Of a DNA stretch of 64,000 bases, positions 1-17,570 are shown piece after piece (positions within the stretch are counted from its first letter, which is position 1; each line of letters starts with the position of its first letter). Location: NCBI RefSeq assembly GCF_009914755.1, contig NC_060946.1. One strand, given 5' to 3'. This stretch comes from the human T2T-CHM13v2.0 reference genome, Homo sapiens. Under the pieces are notes generated by a model. That model saw nothing but the letters and a program-made list of their open reading frames with translations, searched no databases and was not told the origin of the DNA. The translations under genes and the position numbers were made by a program.

Positions 1-546
1 GAGAGACCAGCAGGTGCAAAGACCCTGAGGCTGGAGTATATATACAGAATTCAAGGAACAGCAAGAAAATTGGCGTGCCTGGAACAGGGCTAGTAAGGTG
101 GTCAGGAAAGAAGATGAGATCAGAGAGGGGATGACGGACCAGGTCACAGCAAGGGTTTAGGATTTTATTCTGCATGAGATGGGAAGATGTTGGCATCTTT
201 ACTATCCTTATCACCAACATCATCATCTCCACTATTGTCAAGGAAGATAATGGTGGAGATGATTCTCCTCCTCATCCCCCTCCTCCTTCTTCATCAACAT
301 CATCACACTTGGCAATATAAGATGTTAGGGAGTCAAGTTTGAGAAAAATCATCAGTTAGATGTATTGTTCTGATTTTTAAGGAATTTCTTAATGGCAAAG
401 TTTTGTTCCCAAAAGCCTAGATGTACATTTGCTAGGATCGAGGTGGGGTTCTGGTGACTGGAGGCCAGAGGACCAGGCATGCCCTAATTCTGTCCTGATA
501 GTCGCCCCTTCCTGCTCAGGGTTCCTGAGAGAGTTGTACCCACACC

Positions 547-600
547 CAACAAAACAAAACAAAACAAAACAAAACAAAACAAAACAAAACAAAACAAAAA
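547..600. repeat. (AAAAC)n microsatellite
   Basis: Direct reading. Confidence 0.95.
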
Positions 601-2105
601 CCGCACCTGAGAATCAAAGTAAAACATCCATTGCCCTTTGCCCTATGCCAGGGGAGACTTCAAGGTTGGGGAGAGCCTTTAATAATGTCCCTAGGACAGG
701 AAGGAGGTTCATCGAAGGGGAGAAAAAGGGGCCTTTAAGGGGAACAGGATGGTGAGACCACCACAGCTTCATCTCTCCCCACCTCCAGAGCTTTTAGAAG
801 GTCGACAGACCTAGAAACAAATTTTGCTAACTGCAATGAATTTTTGCTACCTGCAGTGGATAGGGCAAATGTTCAGAGATTTTAAGACCACAGCTTAGAT
901 ACAAAGAAAAGAACAGTGGTTAATGTTTCCTTGACATTTACGTCCCATTGCTATGAGCTGGGCTCCACATGCTTAGACACCATTCTGCCAAATGCTCTGC
1001 AAAGTGTGTGAAAAAGTGTCCTCGCAGCCCTCTGGCTCTCCTGATGGATGGGTTCTGGGTGCATTAAGATCAAGATGTGGAAGCACAGTCCATTGTTGGG
1101 GGCTAACACTCAGTAGTACCACAGATGAACCAGAAACTGCAAGAGGAAAGCAGTCCTGGGAAGAGAGGCTGTTTGGGGTAAGAAGATGCTGCTGGAGCTG
1201 GGCACTGTGGATTCTAATTCTGCAGACCATAGTGAGGGGACATATTGAAGGAGCTGAAGCGGGGCTGGTACAGTTATATTTCTGTAAATGTTTTTTTTTT
1301 TTTCCAAATGGAAAACTCAAAGTTATAATGTGATGAGAGGAACATCTTGTTCATCAAAGCTCTAAGAAATTCAAATGCTTTTTCCTTTTCTTTTTTTTTT
1401 TTTTTTTCATTTTAAAGGTCCAAAATCTTTCTCAGGATTGTAGGAAGGAAAAAAGGCACTCAGACTTCCTTTTCTATTCTCATTGCTACCCATAGTGCAG
1501 ACCTCGCCTTCTTGTTCTAGAACTACTGTCTCCCTGTATCTCATTTACCCTCCATATGATCCAGTCTGCACATCCAGGGAACAGCCCTGCACCCCCAGGT
1601 GAGGACCTACTACTTCCTACTACTGGGACCTCCAAGAATACGGCCACCTTTGAACCCCAAATGCATAGACCCTGCTGTTCCTATCACAGCTCCAGCTAAG
1701 CACCAGACACTTTGAAAGGCCAGCGGGTTCAGCACTCAGGATGCTAAATGCTGCAAAGAAAAATGAGGCAGATAAAGTGATGGAGAAGTGTGCATGGAAG
1801 TGCCATTTCAGATAGGGGGTGGGGGGCAAGCATTTCTGAGGAGGTGACATTTGGGCAAAGCACCTGAATACAGTGAGGGCATGAGCCATGCGGACACCTG
1901 GGGGATGAGGGGCCCAGGCAAAGGCCTTGATGCACTTGCTTGATATTTTAAAGATTTTTATGTTTTTCATTGTGGTAAATTATATACAACATAAAATTTA
2001 TCATTTTAATCCTTTTTTAAGTGTACATTTTAGTGGCATTAAGTACATTCATGGTGTTGTGCAACCACCACCGCTAACCATCTCCAGAACTTTTTCATTA
2101 CCACT

Positions 2106-2894
<789 letters not shown>

Positions 2895-5350
2895 ACCCCT
2901 ACTAATTTCTATCCTACTGTGTCTCAATAGATTTGACTACTCTAGGTACTTCAGATTACTGGAATCATATAACATTTGTCCTTTTGTGTCTGACTTCTAT
3001 CACGTAATATCATGTTTTCAAGGCTCATCTATATTGTAGCATATGCCAGAATTCCTTTTTTGAGGCTGAATAATATTCTATTGTTTGGACATAGCACATT
3101 TTGTTCACCCATTCATCTGCTGATGGACATCTGGGTTGTTTCCACCTTTTGGCTATTGCGAACCATGCTGCTGTGAACATGGGTGTACAAATATCTGTTC
3201 AAGTCCCTGCTTTCAATTCTTCTGGGTAAATTCCCAGAAGTAGAATTGCTGGATTGTACAGTAATTCTACATTTAATTTTTGAAGGAACTGCCATACTGT
3301 TCTCCACAGTGGCTGCCTCATTCTACATTCCCACATCAGTGCACAAAGGTTCCAATCTCTCCACCTTCTCACCAACACTTGTTATTTTCTGTTGTTTGAT
3401 TTTAAGGAAGAGCAAGACAGCCCGTGTGGATGGATCAGAGTAAGCCAGGAAAATAGGGTCAGGAACAAGGTCAGGGCAGGCTAATCAGGAAGGGCCCTTA
3501 GGTATTGGGAAGGACTTTGGCTATGGCTTGGAGTGAGACTGGCACCTCTGGAGAGATGGTTTTCTACCCACAGAGGGGCATAATCTGATTTACAATAAGG
3601 AAGTTAAGCCCAGTGCTTTTAACTCCAGAAGCACGAGGGCTCCAAGATTAGCACAATCCTCTTTTCTCCCAAGCTGCCCAAGGGTTAAGTAAACGCAAAC
3701 ATGGGTAAATGCAGTGAAAGGAGATATTTCCTTCCCCTGGCTGACACACCTGATGCAGGAAGCAGACTCGTGCTCTCTGGGAATGAGAGGCCTGGCCGGA
3801 CTTGTGCTTCCACAAGAAAATGAACATCGCCGGGATGCAGGATGGCTTAGCACTTCTCCTGTGAGTTTCTGAAAGCTACCGAACAGCCTAAGGCCCCATC
3901 TGTTTTCAATCTTGTTAAAAGGGCCTCATGTGCTGGCGCCTATTTAAAATAATGCACACATGGAGTTTTTAAAATGAAGAAGAAAAAAGCCCCGCGCTCT
4001 CCCCACCGGCACAGCTTATGTGTTTATTTTGGAGCAAGCTTTGGAGCAAGACACAGCTAATTTCTCTTCCCGAGGTTGATTTGCAAATCCCCATAGGCTT
4101 TTGCTCCAAGCATTTAAGGCAGCTTGGTATGAACTGGTCACCCTTTCAAAAGTCTGCTGTGAAATATCTCCAAGTTAAGCCTAGGCTCAGGAAAGGAGGG
4201 AGCCCAAGGGCCACTTTGCTCCTTGCAAATAGGTTGTTTCCCTGATCCCTTTTCCCTCAATAGAGACTCATGTTTCTAAAGGCTGAATTCCTCTTCTCAG
4301 ATGCTCATTTTCTTCCACAGGGGCTACCGTGGTTCCACCCCAGCATGACTCAGATAGAGCTTCGCGCTAACCCAAACCTAATCTCCAAAACGGGGACTGC
4401 AAGGGACAGTGTCAGGGAAAAGAACCCACCTGTGGCAAATGCATTCCGCATCAAGAAGCAAAGGCAATGAGGTCTGTCTGTCCATATTCTGAGGAGCACA
4501 GAGGCCCTCTGCACTTCTGAGACAACAACATGCTCAACTCACAATGACATTCACATGTCCAGTGTCCACAAATAGCTGTAATGGATCATTTCCAACCCTG
4601 TAGGCTCAGAGAAAACATCCCGTAAACGTAGCATCACTTCCACAACCACATCAACAGCAGCTCCACACATCTCAGGGACTTCATAAACGACTCCCCCTAG
4701 ACCCAGAGCAAGGGAAGTGCAAACAGGATACAAGCAAAACAGGATAAGTGTGTCCGGAATGGCCTCCCAGTGATTGCTCACGTCGCTTTCTGCATCTTCA
4801 CACTTGAGTGGTAGCAATACCCAAGGGTGGTGATGACAATAATTATCCCAGCCAGTACATTAGTAGGAGAAGTAGTAGTTGGAGTCTTTGGAGAGGTAGA
4901 AACAAAAATGGTGATACTAGTAGTAATAGCACTAGATGTGGTAGCTGTATGAATACTATCCATAGTTCCAGTGACAATATAATAATTATTACATACTATA
5001 TTTGTATTAGATTTAAAATCTATCATAGTTTTGTTTTTTGTTTTTGTTTTAGCACTTACTATGTGCCAGGCACTAGTCTAAGGGCTTTGCATGTAGTAAT
5101 GAATCCTGACAGTAACCTGGTGAGACAGGCCTTATTATCCCCACTTTAGAAAGGGGCACCGAGGCATGATGAGATTAGTATGTTTTATGAGATCACATAG
5201 CAGGGAGGTGACAGACCAAGTATGCAAACACGAGTCTGAATCCAAGGTCCCTGCTTTTGACTGTTTCACTAGGCTCCTTCCAACATGCGGCAAAGTCCGA
5301 GACAATGGGAGCAGCAGGACGATAGAACCCCAGTGAGGGAATTACTTCTC

Positions 5351-6037
<687 letters not shown>

Positions 6038-6045
6038 TCAGACAC

Positions 6046-6333
<288 letters not shown>

Positions 6334-6522
6334 TTCAGATACTTTTTTTTGAGGCTCAAAGGGTTCAGGACCTTCCAGCTACGCATCAAACAGAGCAGTA
6401 ATTTTAATTTTTTAATCTGCTTAAATATTGGGTTTTACATAAAATTTAATTGGAAACAAAACTGTTCTATTTTGAAAAACCGTTAGAAAGCAACAGTGTG
6501 CTGAGGCTTTGGAGTTAGACAG

Positions 6523-7080
6523 GTATCATAACTATGTCTTTCATTGTCTGTATTCTGATGCTTTGACCCCTGGGCCTTGCTGGCCCTGGAGGGAATGCCC
6601 TTCCTAGGTTAGCCAAGACTTGGAGATACCAAAGAGCTTGCCTGGAGCACGCCCTCTGAATGCAAACCAACCAACGCAGGCTCAACCTCCTCTATATATG
6701 GGGCTGTCACACTGCAGGGCACTGCCCATCTGCCCTGATCACCCCAGGGATAGGCACCAGGCAACTAGGGACAGCCCCTACTCTCCAAGGCCGGTTGAAA
6801 TAATTCAAACTCACCAATCCTAAACCTGTTTCCCCTGCCTTGCTCACTCCTCCCCACAAATTCACAATAAAAGCTCTCGCCCACATCTCCCTATCATTCC
6901 CTCTGTCTACGAACAATCATGGTGCTCCCCTGTGCCCCCCGCCTGCATGTGGCATGGGGTGCTGTGCCTCCTCCTTCTAGGGGACTGTGAGTGTAAGAGC
7001 TCCTTCCTTCTTGACAGTCATGCATGTGACTGCGCGTCTTGCATGCTCAACTAAAACAAATCCTGGTTATGTTTAAGACA
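6523..7080 (+). mobile_element. MER74-family ERVL LTR
   Basis: tgcaaaccaaccaa...caactagggacagcccct...cacaataaaagctctcgcccac resemble the MER74 consensus. Confidence 0.75.
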
Positions 7081-7484
7081 ACAGGCTCTGACCAGCTTCC
7101 CCCATGCCCCTCAGGACTTTCGACAGGTGTCAGGCCTCTGCTGGGTTGCCGGGTACAAAGCCTGGGACACACTGACCAGTGTGGATCATGTCACAAACAG
7201 TGCTGAGCGTGGGGTCAGACGGACCTGGGTTTCAATTGCATTTCTAGAACTTCCTAGCTCTGGGATCTTGGGGAAATCACAGGCCCTTTTGCCTCAGTGG
7301 CTCTACCTGTAAAAATAGGGCATAAGGTCCTGACCCTGTCCCTATCCTGAGGCTGCTAACAGGAACTGCAGGAGAGAGTGAAGGTGAAGTTTCTCCAGAG
7401 TGAAGCCCACACCACCATAAACTGTCTTTAGGGTACCCAAGGGGCTCCTTGCACAAAGGTGTGTTTTTGAGTTGTTCGGTCTAG

Positions 7485-7708
7485 AAGGGGGTTTCTCAAC
7501 CTTGGCGCTATTGACATTTTGAGCTATGTAACTCTTTGTTGCGGAAGACTGTTTTGTGTATTGTAGGAGGTTTAGCAACATCCCTGGCCTCTGCCCACAG
7601 GTGTCAGGAGATCTCCCCTGTTGTGACAACCAAAAATGTCTCCAGGCATTGCCAAATGTCTCCTGTTGGGGGGATTGGGGCAAAAATCACCCCTGGTTGT
7701 TAGCTACT
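7485..7708. mobile_element. MER20 (hAT-Charlie) DNA transposon
   Basis: ggtttctcaaccttggcgctattgacatttt...gtgacaaccaaaaatgtctccaggcattgccaaatgtc. Confidence 0.85.
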
Positions 7709-7759
7709 AATACAGAAGAGGAGACAGGTTAGGCTAAGCGTATCTTCCTCTTTCTAGCA

Positions 7760-7760
<1 letters not shown>

Positions 7761-7790
<30 letters not shown>
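7761..7790. repeat. (CT)n microsatellite
   Basis: Direct reading. Confidence 0.9.
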
Positions 7791-8519
7791 ACTCTTCCAA
7801 GGATGCCCAACAGTTCACAGAGTACCCAGGTACCTCTGTGGTAAAGTAGGGCTCTAAGGAGCATGGTTGGAAAATACTTGTTTCAGTAGACACTCTAGGC
7901 TAGAAAAAGTAGAGTTGTGTTGTCAGTGGGTTTTGGTTTCACCCCCATCATATATTTACCAACTGAGCTCATCTCATGATCCAACCACTTTATCCATAAT
8001 TTACCATCCTGTTTAAGTAGCCTCGTAGCAACCCCACAGAATGTGAGAACTGCAAGTTCTTTTCAGGTCATCCAGTGGGTTTGGTCTTGCTGCCAGCTCT
8101 GGCTGCTGTGCAGAGAAAGATAATGAGGCCGCCCCTCAGCTGGGCTGGAAGGCATTGCCTTCATTGAACAGCGGAGGGCCGGGGGTTGCACATGCTCTGT
8201 ATATTTCCCAGTTCCTCCTTTTACAAATGAGTCAACTTACATCCAAAGTTCCCTTAGTGTTAACTAAAACAGACCAAATTCTCAACGTGTGCTGGACATA
8301 GTAGCATTGCGGTTACTAGCTCCATTCTGTGAATAGAGAAACATTAGCTTGGAACCTTGAACCACTCCCTTGAAGTCCCCCAGGTAACAGGAGGCAAAGC
8401 CACGATTCAAGCCCTTGTCCATCTGATCCCGGGTACAGCTCTGTCCATCAAACCAAAGTGTCTCAAAATATGGCTTCTTCCTACTGAGGCAGCAAAAAAA
8501 TGTTCCTCCACACAAATAA

Positions 8520-8873
<354 letters not shown>

Positions 8874-9241
8874 TACTTTTAGAATCTTAATGTAATTTCC
8901 CATTAAATACATGCAGAGAACAGTTAAGGTAAGACTGAAAAGAAACCCAAAGCCACGCGGAAGCAGTATGATGGGGAGAGCAGATGATATCTCAGGAATG
9001 AGGCGGCGAGTTAGCTGTGGGAGTGAGGAGGACACAGTGTTTTATAGAGCATGGGCAGCTTGGGAGCCAGACGGAAGCCAGACAGACAGGAGTTCAAATC
9101 CTGGCTCTGCCAATTCTAAGCTGCGTTGCTGGGCCTCTCTGAACCTTAGTTTCTTTGTCTGTAATAGTAACAGGTAACTCACAAGATCACTGTAAGCAGA
9201 AAATTGGGTTATAGATAGTAAAGTCTTGGCAGAGTATCGGC

Positions 9242-9289
<48 letters not shown>

Positions 9290-9462
9290 GTCTGTCTTAC
9301 CTACCTACTTATCTACCTATCTCTCTCTATATATATATAAATATTTATCTATCAATATAGATAATAATGACTCTTAAACAATTTCTCTCTATATGGGTAT
9401 AAATGTATATATATAGATTTGTATATGTATATATATGTATATATACATTTATATAGAGAGAG
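9242..9462. repeat. (TCTA)n followed by TA-rich low-complexity sequence
   Basis: About 11-12 TCTA units at 9243-9289, then (TA)n tracts. Confidence 0.92.
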
Positions 9463-9516
9463 GGATAAATGGCTTAAGATATTATTATTGTCTCTATTAT
9501 TGACATTACAAAATAC

Positions 9517-9866
<350 letters not shown>

Positions 9867-10604
9867 TAGTTCTGAACTGATTAGAGACCGCAAAACAGAA
9901 GCCTGGAGAGTTAGGTTCTAGAGAGATGGAGAAAGCATAAGTATATGGATGGATGGATGGATGGATGACTGAACAAATGGTCAGATGCATAGGTATTCAT
10001 TATATAGAAATAACACTTTTGGACACCAACATGCAGAACTTGAGGGAAAGCCACCATAAACAAGAAACCTTATAAATTAATTATTTGCCTCCTCCAATGT
10101 CTCTCATGGGGACCACTAAGCAGAGAGAGGAAAAGAGAGGTGGTGAGAAAACGAGGCTGGTGCCAGGTTAGGAAGGGCCCTGGTGCTGCCTAAAGACTTT
10201 GGCCTTCATCCCATAGACATTGAGGAGCCTGCACCGTGGAGAGCTAAGGGAGCCAGTGAGAGACCAAAGCAATTGTACAAGAATAAGCAAATTAAGACGA
10301 GTAATCAAAATCTGGTTCTGTCCAATGAATGCAAAGTTTGGGGTTTCTGGCACTTGGCTGGCCCAGCAAGGGGAGGTTCAGGCCCCTCTGCTTTCCCTTG
10401 CTTTTCCTGGCAGCACTAGAGGGGGTGAGCCTTCCCGTCTCCTCCCTGTCTGGACAGAAGGCAGGCCCTGAGGTGGGCTGGGTGGGGAGGGCACCAGTTC
10501 AGTTCCATTTTAAACAGGCCAAGAACTCACCCATTAGCTCACGACATGAACCTCAGGGCTGTTGCTTAGGGAAGAAAGGAAGGTTCCAGCAACATGGCTT
10601 AAGA

Positions 10605-10873
10605 ACTATCGCAAGGACAAAAAACCAAACACCGCATGTTCTCACTCATAGGTGGGAATTGAACAATGAGAACACATGGACACAGGAAGAGGAACATCAC
10701 ACACCGGGGCCTGTTGTGGGGTGGGGGGAGGGGGGAGGGATAGCATTAACATGTTAAATGACGAGTTAATGGGTGCAGCACACCAACATGGCACATGTAT
10801 ACATATGTAACTAACCTGCACGTTGTGCACATGTACCCTAAAACTTAAAGTATAATAAAAAAAAAAAAAAAAA
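10605..10873 (+). mobile_element. 5'-truncated primate L1PA 3' end with poly(A)
   Basis: gcatgttctcactcataggtgggaattgaacaatgag...G-rich tract...gtaccctaaaacttaaagtataataaaa(A)n. Confidence 0.93.
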
Positions 10874-11976
10874 GAAAGGTCAGAAAACCCAGAGAGGCTG
10901 TCTGTGGTCCCTGAGAACATGGATCTGAAAAATTGCTTTAGGCTGTAAGAAGCAGGTCATTTTTCAAGTCTGGCTGGGCAACAGGTGAGTCAGGGGAAAA
11001 CAGGTAGACACAGGTTATGATCACAATTCTGCCACTAACTAAGCAATGACCTATTCAACTTTGCCAAGCCTCAATTTCCTCATCTGAATAATAATGAGCC
11101 TTACACCTCAGGAGTTGCTGAAGGACGAAATATGTTGAAAAGTTAAACGCATGAGGGCAATGAAAAGCACATCACTGAACTAATAGTTTATTTTCCTTCT
11201 TGACCATATACTCAGAACTCCACAAGTACAACCCTTGATGCCCCATGACAGAACTTAGCTCCATTTCCTGTCTGGTGCTGACCTTTTATTATTGCCAAGT
11301 TCTTCCCCTTAGGATGTCTAAAGTCAGACTTGGCAAGGAGGAGACAAAGGCAGATGGTAGTTTGACTCTACAGTAACCAGCAGCATGACCCAAGCAAGAA
11401 ACTGCACCTCGATCAGTCCCCATTCAACAGATGAGATAGAAAGGTGGTCAATGCAGGGGTCAGTGGTATGGGCTCTGGAGCATCTGGGTCCACATCTCAG
11501 CTCTGCCATCTCCTAGCTGTGTCGCCTCGGGCAGGACACTTAACCTCTCTGAGTCTCAGTTCCATCAGTACTCTGTGGGGTGGTGATGAAAATTAAATGT
11601 ATACAGATAAACTGCTTAGAGGATGGCTTGCACATTGTGTAAATGTTAATGTCAAATCTTGCTTTACCTGCACTGTACTATATCAATGATTTATCTGCAT
11701 GATTCCTGCAGGGCTAATGCTTTGTTTGTGTTGTTTACCATGCCAAAGGCTCTTTGGGTTCTTGCAGTAGCCTAAAGCTTTTCTCTTTAGCTTCTTTCAT
11801 CTTTCCCCACTCTGGATAAGTTTGAGAAATATATATTGAACACAGATTAGGTATCTGGGTCCTTGGAGCACCTATTATGTACCGAATAAGTGTCCTGCCA
11901 GCCTCCCCACCACAGTCTACCATAGCACTGTGTACCCTACTTTCACGGCTTCTAACAGTTTGTAATTATGGTGCGT

Positions 11977-11978
<2 letters not shown>

Positions 11979-12008
<30 letters not shown>

Positions 12009-12048
12009 ATGCTTGTGTGTGTGCGTAAGAGAGAGAGAGACAGATAGA
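11979..12048. repeat. (GT)n/(GA)n compound microsatellite
   Basis: Direct reading. Confidence 0.92.
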
Positions 12049-12087
12049 TAATATGATTAATTTCTGGCCCCTGCCATTAGATGTTAA

Positions 12088-12424
<337 letters not shown>

Positions 12425-13063
12425 AGATTCCATCTGTTTTTAATCACCATTGTAACCTGAGCACGCAGCACATAGGCAGTCAATGAATATTTGTGGAATG
12501 AATAAAGATACTGTCCCTGTTCCCAATGAGCCCAGAGTCTACAGGGAGCGAGGGGCAGGTGAATTAGTAATCTCAAAGTCATCTGGGAAGTGTGATGTAG
12601 ACACAGGTATGAGGTGCTAGGGGAGTACAGGGAAGAGGCACCTCACCCTGCCTGGATGGAGGGGGAGGGCAGAGGAAGCAGCACAGACATCATGTTGGAG
12701 CTAATGTTGAAGAATCTATGGCAAAATCTAAGAAAGGATGTCCCAGGAGGAGAGACGTGCATAAGCAAAGGCATGGAGATGTGACTCCAAGATGGTATTA
12801 CCATGGGTGGGCACTGGGGAACCACAGCAGTTTGGTGAGACCGAAGTCTAAGGTAGAGCACGGGAGGAGATGAGCAAGGAAAGGCAGGCAGGGGCAAGCT
12901 CATGGAGGGCCTTGTGTGCAGAGCTTGAGACCCCCAAAACAAGTCTAATGCACAGGTCAGCCCTTTATGCATGAGAGGAAAGTGACCAAGCCTTCCCTGG
13001 ATTTTACTGCTTCAGGATACACCTTCCCAGATGAGCCAGCATAAAGATTAAGAACCATAAACA

Positions 13064-13370
<307 letters not shown>

Positions 13371-16300
13371 GAACCATAAACACAGATTCTTCAGTTAAAC
13401 TGACTCTGAATTCCAGTTCTGCCACTTGTATGCTGTGTGGCCTTGGGTAAGCCTCAGGTTCCTCATCTGGAGAATGGGGGAACTCATAGTACCTGTTCAT
13501 CAGAGTCATGATGAGGATGAAACACGCTAATCCATATGAAATGCTTAGCGTGTGCCTGACACTTAGTAAGCATGTGATTAGATACTGCCTATGATCATTA
13601 ATTCCTTCAGAGCCCAGGCTGTACAGCTGCCATCTGCCTCAGGCACCGCCAGTGGAAACTCTCTCAGGTCACCCTCTAAAACTCCCTGAGATGAGGGGGC
13701 CAAGACTGGACCAAAACGGGTCCAGTTTAGGTTGAATTCTATTGTAAAGTAAATAGTGCCTTAGAACTACTAAAATCCTATGTGATACTAAAGATAGACA
13801 TTGTAGGGCACATAAACTCGTTCTCTGCTATCAGCCTCCCAGCTCCTTCCTGAGGGACTAGAAAACGCGCCCAGACTGTGTATGATCCAAAGGAAGTCAT
13901 TTCAATGCCTAAGTCCTGTTGATATGTCAGCTCACTCCCCTCCTCAGGAGACTCTGCTTAGAGTGGGCTGGGAGATTCCTTAGACAATCTAATAGATTAG
14001 TTTCCAGTTTAGCATAACAGCCAGACAGATTTTTGCAGTGAAGTCATCCAAGTCAATTAAAAGGCATTTTTCCCTGCTGTGAGTTCAGAAGTCCCTTTGG
14101 TTCATTCCAGTTTTCTGGGATGTTTCATAATAGGTTCCACCCTAGGTTAATTAATAACCCTTGATTCCCACTGAAATGCAAAGGCTCAAATCCACTGTGT
14201 AAGCACATCCGGGCAGAGGCTGCTGGCAGGGCTGGGGTGAGCCCAGTGGGGGCTCCTCTCATCAGGGAGTGGGCCAGACCCCAAATGGTACAGACAACAG
14301 CAGAGCTGGCAGAAAATGTAGAGTAGCCACACAAAAGCTGAAGGCCACGCTGGAGAAGTGGTGTAACCAGGGGCAGTAGCGCATGGGGAGGGAGATCATC
14401 AACAGATGAAGGAATCACAAGGCTGGGGATTAGGCAGATTGGGAGCAAGTTGACATGTGCAGTGTGAAACGGCTTAGTCCAAGTGGCTGGACTAAGGTGG
14501 TGAACAAGAGGAGGTTGGCAATGGCTCGCTTTCAAGAAATGCCAGCTGAAACACATCATGTGGGTCTGACTCCATCCTCTCAGTCTTAAGAAAAATAGGT
14601 CATCTCTTCTCCTCCAGTTTCAAATACGAATTACAGGTATGAGAATGGCTCAAGTGGTTAAGGAACACAGTGGCGAGGATGTACATGCATTCACTTAACA
14701 CTTATGAAGTCCCTTCCATGTGCCTCCTACCCAAGCATCATATTCAAGGATGAGATGACTTTTGCACCAAATCCAGAGCTGAGCTTTTCTGCCTCCAGTC
14801 TCAAGCCACCATTCCTATCCAGCGAATCTTCTAAGACCACTGTCAGCCTGTGCATTCTAAAATGAAATCACGGTCACAGCACTCCATGGCTTAAAAAGTT
14901 CAATACATACATCCTGCCTCTAGGACACAATTCTTAGTTGCATGCCTTGCACTAATAGCCCACCCTGAATAGACTGCCCTCCACCTTCTTTGTCAGCTTC
15001 GTCTCCCACCAACCCTTCTCATGCATGGCATACCCTGGTCATTTGCCCTGTACGTGACAAGCTGAGACTTGAATCATGCTCTTTAGCTAGAAGGCCCAAT
15101 GTGCACATCTGCCCACTCACCCTCACCTAATTCTTGTCCCCAAACCCAGCTGCACATCAGGTTCTCTGTGAGGTCTTTCCTGAGAACATCCCAAGGTTAG
15201 ACAAATCTCTACGATAGAGAGATCCTCGTCGCAACACATTTTGGCCACTGCCTTCAATGTCTATCTTCCCACCAGATAAAGAACCCTTTGAGTGTGGAGG
15301 GCTCTGTCATTAGGACAAAGTACAGAGCAGGTGCTCGGTGAGTGCTTCTTGAATGAAGGAACAGGTTCAGATAAGACAAGCTCTGTTTGTTTTGTTACAC
15401 ATCCTTCAAGAAGTGAAAGGGCTTACTAAGTTCTCCTTCAGAATGTCCACTTAATTTCCACTGGAGTCTCATTTATCAATGGTACTAACAGGGGGCCGTG
15501 CTGATGCTGATGAAGTGGTGTGGCAGTAAGGAAAGGTGAATTTCCAAACACAGCAGCTAAAGGCCAAGGAACTGAGCTGGGTTTCCCAGTGCAAGAGGAT
15601 GGACTCCCTTTGACTCCCATGCCTCCTTCCTTCTCATCTCCAGTGCAGGTGCTGAATGGTGCCACCAAACCAGGATGCTGTACTCTCCTCCAGCAGAAAA
15701 GAAGAGGAGAGTCTAAAGGGTCACGCAACGGGCAACACAGTCCATGTTGTGTTCAGAATCAGCGGGGCTCATTCAACCTTGGTTTCAGCATTCCCCAGCC
15801 CTCGCTGCTTGGAGCTCTCCTTTGGCTATCAGCTATGGTTCAGCACTCTATCCTAGGCTCCTCCCAAGAAGAAGGCTTCTCACAGGTAAACGTGAAAAAC
15901 ATAAACTTCATTTGTTTTTGCTATTTTTTTGCTTGCTATTAAAACCATCAGAAGGGACTAATGGCTTCTTAAAAGGGAAAAACAAAAGATGGCATGGGCA
16001 GGGGGAGAAATGCAGTGTGAAAAGCAGGGACCCAGGAGATGAAAGCTAGTGCTCTCCACACTTTGGACTCCAACAATAATTTCACGTGTGTGCTAAGTCA
16101 CTTCCCCTCTCTGAACCTTTCAGCTGTTAAACAAGGGAGCAGGATTAGATAATCTCCTAGGACACTCCCTGGCTCTATCCTTCCATGACTATGTCACACC
16201 TTCAACTCACTCACGCATTCACTCAACAAACATTCATTGCATTTTTTCTTCAGGTCCAGAGTCTGTGCTATCTACTATCAAAGAGACGTTAGAAATGGAT

Positions 16301-16699
16301 GACAGGTGCCAACTGAATGTTGTATATCAATGGGAACTATGATTGAACATATGTGTAAATAATCAAAACACACACACAAACATAAGCTTTTTATATTTTT
16401 TATCCCACAAACTGCACTGCAAACTTCTTCAGTGCATGGATTATATCCTTTCTATTTCTGAATGCTTCAAGAGACTGAAGCCTAGAAACTACTCAGACAA
16501 ATGTGTTTAGTGACGTGAAGCTGATCATAAAAATAGTTCTAATATTTATTAAGCACTTTCTATATGCTAGGCTCTGCTTCAAGTGCTTCATGCAGTCTTA
16601 TAGTAACTTATTTCAGTCTCACAACTATATGCGCACTTACTATTTTATATGAGGAAACTGAGGCATGGGGCAGTTAAATTACCACCTCAAGGTTACTCA

Positions 16700-17146
<447 letters not shown>

Positions 17147-17344
17147 TCAGGAAAAGAGGACTGTTTTGCTGGGAAAACACCTCATATGAATTTGTAATTT
17201 ACCCAGTAGATCAAAAGAGTAGGGTGAGATAGGAAGATACTGTGGGATACGTACTCAAGCTGGAAGGGGAAAGGCAAAAAGCTTTGTAAAGACAAATTCA
17301 TGACCAGCATATATTCTGATAAATGTACTTTGATTAAGAACTAA

Positions 17345-17570
17345 GACCTTGGAGTTAGCCAGACCTGGGTTCAAATCCCATCTTCACTGCATTCTTACTA
17401 GCTGTGTCACATGCCTGGGCAATTTATTTAAGCTCTCTGGGTCCCAGTTTCCTCAGCAACAGGCATACTGTGTGGATTGAATGAGTTACTGCATGGAAAA
17501 CACTTAATGCGGCACCTAGCAAATAGTAAATGTTCAATAAACTTTGCTTCTATCATCAATGTTATTGTTT
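17345..17570 (+). mobile_element. MIR (copy 1 of a locally duplicated pair)
   Basis: agacctgggttcaaatccc...cttactagctgtgt...cagtttcctca...aaatgttcaataaa MIR core. Confidence 0.8.

Noticed and set aside
1728-1745. REST/NRSE-like TTCAGCACTCAGGATGCT
   Set aside because: The left half matches but the right half (GGACAGC) does not; too weak despite the neuronal gene context.
4800-5000. Ser/Thr-rich ORFs
   Set aside because: Low-complexity TAG/TAA-rich sequence adjoining a MIR-like fragment.
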